NCBI GenBank assembly: GCA_976551045.1
Contig: CDPCPM010000103.1
Location: forward strand, 21,700,001 to 21,764,000
Direction of reading: 5' to 3'
Source of the DNA: Glaucostegus cemiculus
Lineage: Eukaryota
Length of the DNA: 64,000 bases
The translations under genes were made by a program, and so were the position numbers. Shown in pieces: positions 49,156 through 62,227 of this stretch (within the stretch, counting starts at the first letter, position 1; each line of letters starts with the position of its first letter). The notes under the pieces were generated by a model. It made no database searches and was not told where the DNA came from. It saw only the letters and a list, made by a program, of their open reading frames with translations.

Positions 49156-50569
49156 ATCATTAATATTTATTTTCAGTGCATGATACCTTAATTACTGCTG
49201 TTTGTTCATCTGTTATCTTTCAGTTTATTTCTTAACTCCTGCTACGGTTCTCTTTTCCAGCCTCCAAATTGTTCTCTGGCGTTCTTCCTTCCCCGTGTCA
49301 TCATTTGTATGTGTTTTTTTTTAAACAATTCCTCATGTCTTCTTCTTCTTTGTTTATCCCTCTGTGCTGTTTCTCCTCCACTTCCAGGGGCCCAAGGTAG
49401 GACCAGCTTCTATGACAGCCCAACTGCTAAGACAGCAAGGATTCCCTCGTATTTGTTTCAAGAGTCCCAGTGGAATCTTTACAATTCCAGAATAAATCAT
49501 GATTAGGAAAATAATTAGGAATTCTCTCCAGGTGGCGAACAAAATAATGGTCTCTAGATGGTTGCAAACACTGCTGCATCATGGATTATGAACAATAAGG
49601 CAAGCAGACATTTGCGGAATAATTTGACAGGTCCCTGTGCCTGTCCCAAGGTATATCCTCTGAGTGGTAGATTTTCAATGAGAATGGAAATAAAAAAGGA
49701 AGTTAAAAATCCCATTTGCTCCATAACCTGAATATTGCTGTTTTAAAGTATGTCATACATGATTAGAATTTTTGTCCCTAATGTTTGAAGATTCCAACTG
49801 GGACAAAATTAGCAAGCTACAGCATATGATATTCTTTTATCTGCACTGTGCATGGAATATTCAGCTTCAGTCTGAGTCCCAGGATATTATTCATTGAATA
49901 TAGTAGTTATTATGATTTTGAAAGTGGTGACCTCAATACCAAAGATAACTCTACTAAGTGAAGCAACCTGGTGTTGCTCATTTCCAGCACAGTTAAAGCT
50001 GACAATTTAACTAACCAAGTGATGTCGTACTATAACTGCCCTGATGCCCTTCACCACACAGATTCTCTATTACTTGGCAATGCAGATTTTGACCTCTATA
50101 GATTAGAAAAGGAAAAAATGTATATTTCACCATTGCAGTGTCTGAAATTAACGCACTCATGTTTCTTCCACGCTGCGATGGAATTAAATATTAAGTGCCC
50201 AGTTGGAATACTGATGCAGTAATCAGAGATTTCAGTCTGCTCTTGGCCCATACAAATAAGTGTAGAAGATAGTCAGCTAACCCTTTAAATCCTACAACAA
50301 TCACTCTCTCATGACAAGTCTCTGTTTCAGTTGGGCAGCCTAAGTAAAAATGAAATCGCCACTGGTTGTGTGGCATTTCTCTCACCCTAATTTAAATGAG
50401 ACTTTGAGCCTACACTGTGGGTTAATGATGAAGTTGTTTGCCTAAAACTGTTCCATCACAGACTCTAAAATATTGATACAGCTAATCTAAAAATAACCTT
50501 TAGTAAAGGGGCCATGGATTCTCTGTACAATTGGCAAAGGTTATTTCAGACACCCAAGGTTTTGGTCCA

Positions 50570-51025
50570 TTGGTATAGGTATCGGTTTATTATTGTCACT
50601 TGTACTGAGGTACAGTGAAAAGCTTGTCTTACAAACCGATCGTACAGGTCAATTCATTACACAGTGCAGTTACATAGTTAATACAAAGTGCATTGATGTA
50701 GTACAGTAAAAACAGTAACAGTACAGAATAAAGTGTCACAGCTACAGAGAAAGTGCAGTGCAATAAAGTGCAAAGTCACACAAGGTAGAACATGAGGTCA
50801 CAGACCATCTCACTGTATAAGGGAACCATTCAATAGTTTTATCGCAATGAGGAAGAAGCTGACCTTAAGTCTGGTGGTACGTGCCCTCAGACACATGTAT
50901 CTTCTACCCGATGCAAGAGGAGAGAAGAGGGAATGTCCCGGATGAGTGGGGTCTTTGATTATCCTGGCTGCTACACCAAGACAACGAGAGGTAAAGACAG
51001 AGTCGAAAGAGGGGAGGCTGGTGAA
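50570..51025 (-). mobile_element. Rex1/Babar-like LINE 3' end
   Basis: ORF 50810-51037 IIKDPTHPGHSLFSPLASGRRY..ARTTRLKVSFF; 3' UTR ending gtgacaataataaaccgatacc. Confidence 0.88.
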
Positions 51026-51061
51026 GGGAATAAACATTGTTGAAAGGAATAGATGTTGTGG

Positions 51062-51157
51062 TGAAATAAAAGCAGAGAATTACAGAAATACTTAGCAGGT
51101 CAATCAGCAGCTGTGGAGAGTAAGACAGATTCAGGCTGATGACCTTTCATCAGAACG
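51062..51157 (-). mobile_element. Penelope-derived short repeat with hammerhead 5' half
   Basis: Reverse: gttctgatgaaaggtcatcagcctgaa. Confidence 0.7.
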
Positions 51158-51563
51158 TTGTGGTGAATTGTGCTAAAAGGACAAAGAGTGGTGCCACAGT
51201 AAATTAATAACCATCGTAATAAAATGGAAAGTTCCAATGTCTGCTTTGTCCAGTACTTCATTTCTTGATCCTCATGCACAGATCAGTTCTAGCATTAACA
51301 AGTATAACCAGAGATGGTAATTGACAATCTTTGCAATAATAATGCCCAATAGATTTGACACTAAACAATCAGTGCAGAGTAATCTGTTCACTATTGATGA
51401 TAGGATTGCATAAAAATGTAATCCTTTTGCATGAAATGTTGGAGTCTCTTCTTCCAAGAGAGTTTGACTCATTAAACAAAAGGATATAGTGTCTTGGGTG
51501 GATTCAGGTTGAAGAAACATGAAGCAGTTAGGCATGGACACCAGGTCTGGAAGTTAAGCTTAA

Positions 51564-51865
51564 GGCAGGCATGATAGTGTAGCGGTTAGCGTAACGCTAT
51601 TACAGCACCAGCGACCCGGGTTCAATTCCAGCCGCTGCCTGTAAGTAATTTGTACGTTCTCCCCATGTCTGCATGGGCTTCCTCTGGGTGCTCCAGTTTC
51701 CTCCCACATTCCAAAGGCATACAGGTTAGGGAGCTGTGAGCATTGCTATGTTGGCGCTGGAAGTGTGGCGACACTTATGGGCTGCCCCCAGAACACTCTA
51801 CGCAAAAGGTACATTCCACTGTGTGTTTCGATGTACATGTGACTAATAAAGAAACCTTAGTCTTA
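51564..51865 (+). mobile_element. V-SINE family A, full length
   Basis: ggcaggcatgatagtgtagcggttagcgtaacgctattacagcaccagcgacccgggttcaattcc...gtgactaataaag. Confidence 0.92.
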
Positions 51866-51949
51866 ATTTATGTCAGAGTATTACTTGAGTTGACTGCCTG
51901 CTTTTCTTGGTTCTAGGAGCAATAGGAGGACATTCTCAGTTCTTATTAA

Positions 51950-52200
51950 CCATAAGATCATAAGATATAGGGGCAGAATTAGGCCATTCAGCCCATTGAG
52001 TTTGATCCACTATTTGATCATGGCTGATTTATTTTACCCTCTTGATCCCATTCTCTTGCCTTCTCCCTGTAACCTTTGATACCTTTACTAATCAAGAACT
52101 TATCAACCTCTGCTTTAAATATGCCCATTAATTTAGCCTCCACAGCCGTCTGTGGCAATTAATTCCACCCTCTGGCTAAAGCAATTCCTCATCATCTCAT
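51950..52200 (-). mobile_element. CR1 3' end
   Basis: ccataagatcataagatataggggcagaattaggccattcagccc; same subfamily as 40330. Confidence 0.85.
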
Positions 52201-53771
52201 TTTATGGTAGGAATGGCCACTTCAATATATAAATTGGTCCGCCCAGGTTTTGGGGCCAGATTTTAATGTCTGGGGAAGCTCCAAAAATGAGCCCTGGAAA
52301 AGATCAAAGGGCAGAGAGTGTGTAACAATATGTTTCATTGTTTGACTTTAATTGCTGCAGTCTCAAAAAGGATTTATTGTGAATTTCCATTGGTGTAGAA
52401 CAAGGCCTCAGTTTGATCTCCTAAAATTGTCTAACCTCCAGAGAATACAAAGCAGGTTTTTTCAACCAGTTCTCCTAATTTAATCCCTTCAGCCCTACTG
52501 TAATTCAGATAAATCTGCATTAATACCGGTCAAAGGCTAAAATCCAAAACATAATGCACTATCCCAGATGTCCTGCAAGGCTACCTTAAGAACTCAAGAA
52601 ATAGACACAGGAGGAGATCATTTGGCTTCCTCTTCATAACTCTACTGCCCTTAATTTCCTCAGTATCTAAAAATCCATTAATCTTTGTCTTAATATGCCC
52701 AGTGACCGAGCACCGAGCTCTCATGAGCAGAGGATCCCAAGATTCTGTTGAAATCTCACCCATTATAAGATTGTTCTGGGCACATCTGGGTAGGACTCAT
52801 CTTGGTGTAGCTGATGTTTTCAGCATCATTTGCACAAGGAAGAACATCGTCAAAGTATTTAATGCTCTTCACCAACAGAATGTGCAACCTACTACCTGTG
52901 TTTTTAAACTCCCAGTAAAATGTGGAGCAAATGCTCCACAGCAAGTTGGCAAGGAGTTCTGAATTGAAGGGATACCACTGGGATATTGATGTGCTGCTGT
53001 GTGAAGCCGTCTGCCTGACTTTAATATTCTGCATATTCCATACATTATCACAAGGTCTCATGGTGCTTATCTAAGCTATGAATAGCAGAGATATATATTG
53101 CTACATCTGCAGAGCAATAAGCTGATGGTTTGTGGCAACTCACTGCACAGAACTTGATCAATGTTGATAATTGAGGGGCCAGATGTGGATTTACACACTG
53201 AAGACATGTGTTCCCCCTTCCCTGTGTTCTTCCTTCATCACAATGGCAGTGTTTTGTGCTGCTGTACTGTGGCTGCTAATAGGGAGAGTCCTTTAAGGCT
53301 GAGACCAGCTTTGCATAATACCCAGTGATCTCTGCAAGCACTAGCTGTTGGGAACCATACAAATTCTGTTTAAATACAATAATCAGGTTAAAAACCACCC
53401 TAACCATTTTTTAAAGTTAAATATTCCCCATTTTGAATACTTTTGCTTAGGTTTCTTACCACAGTTAGTGCAGCACCTACTTAGTGCACCAAATAAAGGT
53501 GAACTTTAATTCCATTGGTCACACTGAAGGAAAAAATGCATGAAAGCTACAGTTCCTCTGAAGAATAAATCAGACTTTTTGAGTAGTACACATTTATTCT
53601 GTTTTATTTTTCAACAACAAAAGTATACATGGGCAGTTCATTATATAATAATAGATTCAACCCTCAAATCATTAAGCAGTTACAATGATGAGTCTCTATA
53701 CTTTTCCATGATAGTGATTATAGCATAACTCTCTTCAATTTTATTGTTGCGGAGATCTGCTGTGATCCTTC

Positions 53772-53902
53772 TTAACCTGAAAATCAAAAATGCAGTACGT
53801 ATTCAGCTAGTCAGGCAGCATCTGTTGGGAGAGAAACAAATCACCAACCTCTCATCAGAGATCTGAAATGTTAACAAGGTCATCGATCTGACACGTTAAC
53901 TT
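53772..53902. mobile_element. Penelope-derived repeat with rearranged hammerhead pieces
   Basis: tcaggcagcatctg...ctctcatcaga gatctgaaatgttaac aaggtcatcgatctgacacgttaac. Confidence 0.6.
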
Positions 53903-55107
53903 CAGAGCCCATTGCAAGTCATTTCAGACTTCATTTTGTCTGATGGTCCCTTATTGTGCATGTGCTTAGATTTTTAAAATTCAGCTGTGCAAGCATGTCA
54001 GATTGACAAGGCACAAAGGACAGCATGTCATTAAAGCAAATGTAGTTCCTCCACAAAATAATGACACTATATATTTTTAAAGAAGGAGTTATGTGTGAAC
54101 TAGCAGCAGTTTTAAGTCTGGATTTTGCAAATAAATCTAACTTTCTTCTTTTGTTTTATGTTTTACAAAATTCTTAGCTCAAATTATTGTTGATTCTTGC
54201 TGCAAGTCTCTCTGGCCCAGTTCTTTTTCTGCGTTGGAAGGAAATGTGATCCTCTTACAGGAGTTCTCAGCTGGGCCACAAGGTGGCACACCTCTTACAG
54301 AAAGTGTGTGAAAGGGGTCCAACTTCTCCTAGGCTGTCCCATTGTAAATGGATAATACTGGAAGTGACTGGGGAAATATTTGTGCCGATGCAAACTTTCA
54401 TAAAAGAAAGGGCAGCAAAAGTAGAACTGTGGGGATGTAATTCTGTATCAAAACTACCTAAAAAAAATGTTAAAGAAAATTACAAAACAGTACATTAACA
54501 TGTTGGCATTTGGGCTACTTATTGTTATATGCTACTGCCTAAACAGAATGAACTTCTACAGCAAGTTATCATATCAGCATAAATCAAGCCTAGAACTGGC
54601 ACTATCCTTTTGAACAGTAATTATGTTTTGCTCTTCATCCTTACTCATATTCCTTTAACAGTAGTTTTCTACGCTATAAGTAACACAGAATAGATATAAA
54701 AAGAAACACGATAACATAAAAGTGGAGTTGCGTTGAATTTATTATAATTGCCACATTCAAAGAAATCAACATAATTGACTTTGTACTGGACTGGCCTGAT
54801 GTGAACTGTCAAAACCACACTGATGACAATCTGATTAAAAAAGCCCTTCTGCATCAAATCATAAAAGAAGCATTGTTAAACATTCTTCAATATATCTTGA
54901 ATCATGCACTAAGATGTCGTCAGAAAGTTGTAATCATCAGCCTTCAGCAACAGCCCTGCTTCTGCAGAAGCTGATGGTTCTTAACAATATCCCTGATGGA
55001 CAATGGGCCTAATTTTGAAGGAAGATATTGATTTCTTTCAATCATTTTGTGAGCTTAATGAAAGGACTTTCTAAAAGCAAGTAAGAATAGCTGTGCAAAT
55101 CAAAAAA

Positions 55108-55224
55108 AACCCCTGCAGATCTTGGAAATCTGAAATAAAAAAAATAACATCAGTGGGTCAGGCAGCATCGGTGGAAAGAAAGACAGAGTTAATGTATTGG
55201 GTTGAAGACCCTTCATTAGACTGG
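55108..55224 (-). mobile_element. Penelope-derived short repeat
   Basis: ctgcagatcttggaaatctgaaataaaa...gggttgaagacccttcattagac. Confidence 0.7.
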
Positions 55225-55929
55225 ACTGTAGATTTGAATGCTGATTAGGAAATGTGGTCAAAACTGTAACACAATGTTTTATTCCCAACATTACGAGGAG
55301 ACTTTTGAAAATTATAACGGAAATAATGTTGGCAATGTCAGTTGAAATATATTAAGATGACACAATCAATAAGTCAGTAATCTTGTCAGTAGACCATTGA
55401 TGGGTCTTAATTCTTTCCCTCTTTTCATCGATCATTACAAAATTCCTGCTTCTTTTTAGTCATTAATTTCCATGATAAGTTGATCGTATCATGTGAAGTC
55501 TCATCTGAAGGTCCAATGTGTCTACTAGAATTATAAAATATCACTAACTCAATGAACAATCAAGAGCCCTACAATTTACAGTGTACCTCTTTACTCACTC
55601 ATTCATGCTGTGGCCACTGATTCTGAATAAGAAGCTGCCTTGAGAGGTGCAGACTCATGGCATTAGGTTGATCTGCTAGCTCTCCCTCATTCTGCCATTT
55701 GACGCATGGGAAAAATTCTACTTGCCATCAACCAGAGGGTACTTTAAATCTTTCCAATGCTGAAGCAGCTTGCTGTGGTCAACTGCTGATAATGAAAAAT
55801 CAAAGCAATGTGAAACTGTATTTGAGGCACTCCAAAATAAAGCTTCTTGTTGGTCAAGAGACACCAGTCCCCCAGTTATACTGCAGCCTCATTATTGATT
55901 GTATGTGAAAAAACGGAGACAAGAGGTCA

Positions 55930-56310
55930 GCTGGGCAGCACAACAGTGAGAAGATTGTGTTGCTGCCTGCCTCACAGCGTCAGTGACCCTGGTTCGCTCC
56001 CAACCTCTGGTGCTGTCTATGTGGAGTTTGCATTTTCTCCCTCTGACTATGTGGGTTGCCACCAGATGGTTTGCTTTCTTCTCACATACCAAAGACTTTC
56101 TGGTAGATTAATTGGCTGATGCAAATTACCCCGAGTGTAGGTTGTGGGTGGGTGATAGGAGAATCAGGGGTGGGGGCGGGGGGTAATTGATGGGCATGTG
56201 AGGGAGAATAAGTTACAGGAAAATAAGGGGGGGGAATGGGACTGAAAAGATTGTTCTCAGAGCTGGCAAAGACTTAATGGGCCAAATGGCCTCCTTTTAT
56301 GTTGTACAGC
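55930..56310 (+). mobile_element. HE1-like V-SINE, full length with CR1-derived tail
   Basis: gcctcacagcgtcagtgaccctggttcgct head, gtggagtttgcattttctcc core, tail atgggccaaatggcctcc. Confidence 0.85.
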
Positions 56311-56339
56311 TGTAGGAAAATGATGCTGAAGGCTACCTC

Positions 56340-56443
56340 ACACAAACTGCTGGAGGAACTCAGCAGGTCAGGCAGCATCTATGGAGAGAAGTAAACAGTC
56401 GACACTTTAGGTTGAGACCCTTCATCAGGACCCTTCATCAGGA
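56340..56443 (-). mobile_element. Penelope-derived short repeat with duplicated hammerhead CTGATGA box
   Basis: Reverse: tcctgatgaagggtcctgatgaagggtctcaacctaaagtgtcgactg. Confidence 0.78.
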
Positions 56444-57210
56444 ACGCTTCCTCCTTTCTCTAACCAAACTAAAGCAGAGAATATATGAAGGGGTTGCACA
56501 TTTAAGGACAAAAGCCTGTGGAATTCTCTACCTACACACTCAATGCTCTGCTGCTGGGACTATTCAAGGCTAAGATCAAGAGGTTTTTAGACTCTAAGTA
56601 ATAAGAGGAATGGGTGGGGAAATTGAATTAAGGCTGAGCATCAGCCAACATCTGAATGAATGACATAACAAGTTCAAGCACCTCTATGGCCCAATCCTGC
56701 TCCTGATTCTATGTCCTTATATTCTTTAGTACTTGAAGAGCCTGAAAGTAACCGTTAATAGTCATAGTAAAAGAAGGAAAATATACTAAATTACCATTAT
56801 TTTCTTAGATACGCATCAATACCCAGTTGACAGGTCACATATAAACCAATATTACAGAAAAAAACATATGGCCCATATAAGCAATAAATTAAGACATAGT
56901 ACTTCCAATGCAGTCAATTAATTTGATTACAGTTAATTTAAGATCATTTGCATAATGTTGCAATTAAGCATAGTATAAATAATTATTTTACTTAACATGT
57001 TCCCGATTCCTTAACTGAAAATTAAATGGGTGGCAAAATAGTTTGTTTAAAAGCTGGAAAGTAATGAAGTAATTAGAACCCTGTTGTCACGACTCTCCTG
57101 AAATAACTCTCCAGAGATTAAACTATTTTCCAGATATGAACACTTGACAGTATTCTCCATCTAGGAATATCTAAAGGAGACCAAACAGGAAAGAAATCCA
57201 GCCATGACAA

Positions 57211-57345
57211 CAGAGACAGAAGAATCTGTAAAATGTTGGAATCTGGAGTAACAAATAATCTACTGGAGGAACTCAATGGGTCGTGTGGCATCTGAGGGGG
57301 GGAATGGAATTGTTGATGTGTTGGGTCAAAACCCTACATTAGGAC
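57211..57345 (-). mobile_element. Penelope-derived short repeat
   Basis: ctggaggaactcaatgggtc...gggtcaaaaccctacattaggac; imperfect flanks ccagccatgacaa / ccagttatgacaa. Confidence 0.65.
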
Positions 57346-57639
57346 CCAGTTATGACAAACTTTTTCAGAAGTGTGCAGTTTGCTTCCACGTTCTTACTTG
57401 ACCAAAGAAACGTTTGAAGTACCCAGTAATCCAAGTAAGCCAATGCACAAATCACTGTAAAACAATAATATAACACCAACAAGAAAAAACAAATTGTCCA
57501 ACATGTTGGAACCAATATTGCTAGATTAAGAAATGTGGATTGTACAATGGTCAGCAGTAGTTTCCTTCATTCAAACAATGCTGGTGGGGTGGGGTGTACA
57601 GAGGGATAGCACTCAACCCTGAGGGAGCCAGAATAATCC

Positions 57640-57790
57640 AAACACAAAATACTGCAGTCGCTGGATTTCTGAAATAAAACAGTAGTGCTGGAAGGACGCA
57701 GCAGATCTGACAGCACTTGTGGAGAGGGAAATATTTCTCTCTCCTCAGATACAGCCTGACCAGCTGAGTATTTCCACATTTCTTTTAGGT
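57640..57790. mobile_element. Penelope-derived fold-back fragment
   Basis: tctgaaataaaacag...tgtggagagggaaatatttctctctcctcagatacagcctgaccagctgagtatttcc. Confidence 0.6.
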
Positions 57791-57929
57791 TAATGACCAA
57801 ATGTATTGAAGCAAGTGGGAAAGAAAGATGGGGCGTTTCTGAAAAATCGGCTAACTTGACATAGGCAGTTTCACAACCTTGCCAAAGCTGAGCCTAATCC
57901 CCATGGAGGATGAGTCACCTTCTTGTCCA

Positions 57930-59300
57930 GTGAAATGCAGAAAAACAGGGCACCTGGAAGTTTCAAGATAATCAGGCAAAGCCAGCGTAGTATTGTGAAA
58001 GGAAATCATGTTTGACTGATTTATTGGAATTCCTTCAAGAAACAACATGCTCTGTGGACAAAGGGAAACCAGTGGATGCATTATATTTGGATTTCTGGAA
58101 ACCACTTAACAAGGTGCTGCATCAAAGGTAATGGTGGAAATAGACCTTCATAGCACTGGCATGGATAGAAGATAACAAGAAACAAAGAGAGCTATAAATA
58201 TTTGTTTCTGGTTGGCAACTGATATGCTACAGGGATCAATGCTGGGACCTCCATTTTTTTTACAATTTATTTAATGATTTAGATGAAGGTGCCAAAGGTA
58301 CGGTTCCTAAATTTGTCGATGACACAAGGATAGGTCGGAAGGTAGTTGGTGTAAAGGACATAAAGAGGCTACAAAAGGATAGATATAGATTAAGTGTGGA
58401 CAAAGATCTGGCAATTGGGGCATGATATAGATAAATGATAAATTAATTTTGGCAAGGAAAAAAAATTAAATAAGCATTTATCTAAGTGTTGAGAGATTAT
58501 AGAGCTCTGAGATGCAGAGGAATCTGGGTTTCCTGGCTGCATGATTTGCAAGCGACAAGTGTGCAGGTAGGGGAAATAATTAGGAAAGCTAACAAATTGT
58601 TAACATTTGTTGCTGGGGAAATGAATACAAAAGTAGGGAGGTAACGTATCACTTATATAAGACATTGGTAACACCATATTAAAAGTGCTATATACAGTGG
58701 TCTTTAAGGAAGGATGCTTATGTATTGGAAGAAGTTAACAGAAGATTTATTAGACTAACTTATTACTCTAGATTTCCTCCAGTGAATTGTTTGTTGCTCC
58801 AGATCCCAGCATCTGCAGTCTCTTGTGCCTTTATTAGACTAATTCCTGGAATGGATGCTTTGTCTTATGAGGAAATGTTGGGTAGGTTAGGGTTGTATCC
58901 ACTGGAGTTTTGAAGACTGACTTGTCTGAAGCACACAAGACAGTGAGGGGTCTTGACAGGATGAGTGTGGAGAGAATAGTTCCTCTTAAGGGAAAATCTA
59001 GAACTAGGGATCACAGCTTAAACACAAGGCTTTGGCCAGTTAAGATGAGGCTTTTTTTTTCTCGCAGAGAGTCATCAGTATTTGGAACTTGCTTCCTCAA
59101 AGGGTAGTGGGAGCAGAGTTTTTGAATATTTTTCAGGCAGACATATAAACACATTGATAAGCAATGGTGTGAAAAGTTACCGCAGGTAGATAGGAATAAG
59201 GAGTTGACGTTACTGTCAGATCAGCCATGGTCATATGAAATGGCAGAAGAAACCTTGGGTGTCAAGTGGCCTATTCCCCCCCCTAATTAGCATGTTCATA
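57930..59300 (+). mobile_element. CR1 LINE RT to 3' end, decayed
   Basis: QGSMLGPP..KFVDDTR, RFIRL..LSYEEMLGRLGLYPLEF, KSRTRDHSL; tail tcagccatggtc. Confidence 0.85.
58759..58829 (+). mobile_element. Very short Penelope-derived insertion inside CR1 with 13-bp TSD
   Basis: ttgctccagatcccagcatctgcagtctcttgtgcc flanked by tttattagactaa (58746-58758, 58830-58842). Confidence 0.8.
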
Positions 59301-61110
59301 CGAACAAAATACAACACCATTGCTCAGTGCACATAAAATGCAGACAATGCATTTTCCGGTGTCATATCTCTTAAAACTAAATGATCTTTACCATTGAGGG
59401 CAAAGCCTCAAATTATGCCAGTGCCTCTTTAATGCACATTCATTTAATGGGAAGAAGAATAAAGATGTGGAGGAACAGGGTCGAAGAGGAAAGTTTGTTG
59501 TGAGCTGCTAATGGCAGTTCTCCGCTCATTGGACATGGCAGTCCGTACCTGCCTGTGATGGATCACTCTGGGATATGAGCATTAGGATCAGATTCCAGAT
59601 CTGTCAGACTGTGCATGACCTGCTGTGCTAAGGGGAATGTTATCCCATTGTAACAAATAACAGATGATCTTCAGAATATTCTGAAAATATCCAGGAAATC
59701 AGACAGTATCTATGAAGAGAGAAATTGTTAATGTTAATGACCAGTAGAAAGTTATCAATAAATAGTGCTGAAAAAAGGAGAGAAGAAAATGGGAGGCATG
59801 TGATGAACGGGAGAGATTAAATAACTAAAATGATGTGCAAGATGACACAGCCTGCAATGTGGCAAATACAGAAAGGAATCAGTTTTAAATATAAAGGGGA
59901 GAAACATAATCTTTATCTAAAACTATGCCAAGAGAATGCAGTGAATGGTGGAAATCTGAAATAAAAACAAATGCTAAAAATGATCACTATTTGAAATTGT
60001 TGAACTCAGTGTTCAGTGTTGGATATCCAAAGTTCCCTGATAACTTGAGCAGAACACCATCATCATGGACAAATAGTATCCTGTACTTTTCAGAAAGGTG
60101 TAAGAAGAGACAAATGGATACCAAGCTAAAGAAGGAGACTTCAAGTGCAGCAACATCATAATACAGAGCTGCCTCAGCTTTTGCTATCCACTGGAACTTG
60201 AACTGCTTGTCAACAAATGGGCCTTATTCGATACGAGGTACTGTACTGTATCCATAGCATTGTGGGAGAAGCAATTTAGAATCTACCTATAAAAATTTGC
60301 ATGAGAAAGCTTAAACTGAGCTTCTATCCTCTGGATATAGTAAAACATGTTGATAATAAAGTTCTATATATTTTCCTATTATGTCCATCAATAGTGATCT
60401 CCAGCTCACATTCCCAAGTGAGTTCTGCCTTAATGTGGTCAAAGTTTTTCTGTGAATGGAAGAACACCATCAGTACAGAGTGTTCTATGGACACCAGATG
60501 AATCTTGGCTGTGTTCTTCAGAGTAACTTTGTTGACAGAAGGGAAATGCGGGCCCAGATCAAAGGTACTTTGAAGACACTGGGTTAAGTTAATTAGATTG
60601 CTAAAAATCCATATAGGATTTTTTGCTTTATAAATAGAGGCATAGAATTTTAAAAAAGACTAAATTTTTAAACATTAGGAGTATTTTGTGCAGGTGATGG
60701 TCAAGACCTTGGAAAGAACACAGAGATGAATTACCATAATGATTCCAGAGAAGAGCTTAATTCAGGATTTTGGAGAGACAAGGAAAGCTAAAGCAGACCA
60801 GAGTAAGAGGAGACTTAGTGCTGGTGGCCAAAAAATGAAGGCTTGAAAAAGAGCAGGAAATCCACACTGGATTCACCTCTCGTTGAAAAATATATCGAAC
60901 TGGTTATATTATCTCAGCAGTTTATGCCATTTTTCCATGTGGTTAAGTGACTGCTGTGTTTACGAAACAGTAGCAGTTCAAAGGACCTAACAAGGAGAGT
61001 ACATAACTGGTCAATACACTTATTACGTGTTTGAGATACCCCTCTCTGTTCTTTCAATAGGATGAATTCTTCTGCTGAAATAGCACCGGGAGAAATTTCA
61101 ACCACAATAG

Positions 61111-61335
61111 TCATTCATATTTCAGTAGTGAGGCAATTTTCAGAACCAATGCCCTTGACTAATTCCTGAGAATTGTGATAATGAAGTTAAAAATAAGTAT
61201 ATTGTTTTTTTTCTTCTCTCATCTACTACCTACAACAACAAAAATTGTACTCAATGCTACAATCCAACTTAACAATTGTGAGGTTAACAATATGTGGCAG
61301 CAAAACATTGAGGTGAAGGATGGTATCTCACAATT
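61111..61335. repeat. Local direct duplication, copy 1 (~220 bp)
   Basis: tcattcatatttcagta...ctaattcctgagaattgtga...aaaacattgaggtgaaggat...ctcacaatt shared with 62019-62227. Confidence 0.9.
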
Positions 61336-62018
61336 AATCTGCAGTAATTTAAAGCTGCAAACCTTTCATGGCTTTGCAGATTGGAAAATCCATTGAATCT
61401 GTAATGCAACAAAAGCTATGTTTGAAACTTCTGGTACTGTTACCTCTTGCTGATATTACTTTCATTCAGTATCGAGTGGAAACTCACACTAAGAAATCTT
61501 TAAGTATTCATTGTCACACTGAGAAAATGATTAGGAAATGATTTAGCAATATTATATTAAGGCTGAACATTTTTGAGGGACGTACCTGCGGTGAATGACC
61601 TCAAATCACTGAGGTGCCTGTTAGGAATATGTCAGTAATAATCAGCTTTTAGTAACAGCAAACCCTGTTTTAAAACAACTTGTGATACAATCATGTCATT
61701 CCTGGTAGGGTTTTGCCTGAGGCTTTGGCAGTTTCTCAGTTAACCACATGCTGCAGTCTGGTAACTTGACACCATAGTGAAAAAATAGCTGCTGGAATAT
61801 TCTTGTAAATTGACACAAAGAGACAAATTTAAAGGAATGATTGTTGGATTTTACACTTGATTCAAAACAGCGAACTTGCACATAATTAAGAATTAGGAGC
61901 AGGTGTAGGCCATTTGGCTCTTCCTCAGCACCATTTTCCTGCACTATCTACATATTCTTTGATTCCCTTAAAATCCTAAAATCTAATGTTCTCTGCATTG
62001 AATGAAGTAGGCCAATAT

Positions 62019-62227
62019 TCATTCATATTTCAGTAATGAGGCAAGTTTCAGAGCCATTGCCCTTCACTAATTCCTGAGAATTGTGACTAAGTTCAGAATA
62101 AATATGTTTTTTTTCTTCATTCATCTGAAACAACAAAAACTATACTCCACGCTGCAATCCAATTTAACAATTGTGAGGATATCATTCGGTGGCAGTAAAA
62201 CATTGAGGTGAAGGATCTCACAATTGT
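62019..62227. repeat. Local direct duplication, copy 2 (~210 bp)
   Basis: Colinear diverged match to 61111-61335. Confidence 0.9.

Noticed and set aside
61274-61291. Resemblance of aattgtgaggttaacaat to the lac operator
   Set aside because: Imperfect, embedded in diverged genomic duplication, no vector context
62167-62227. C/D-box snoRNA in the duplicated hairpin
   Set aside because: Only a weak C-like GTGAGGA and no CTGA D box next to the terminal stem
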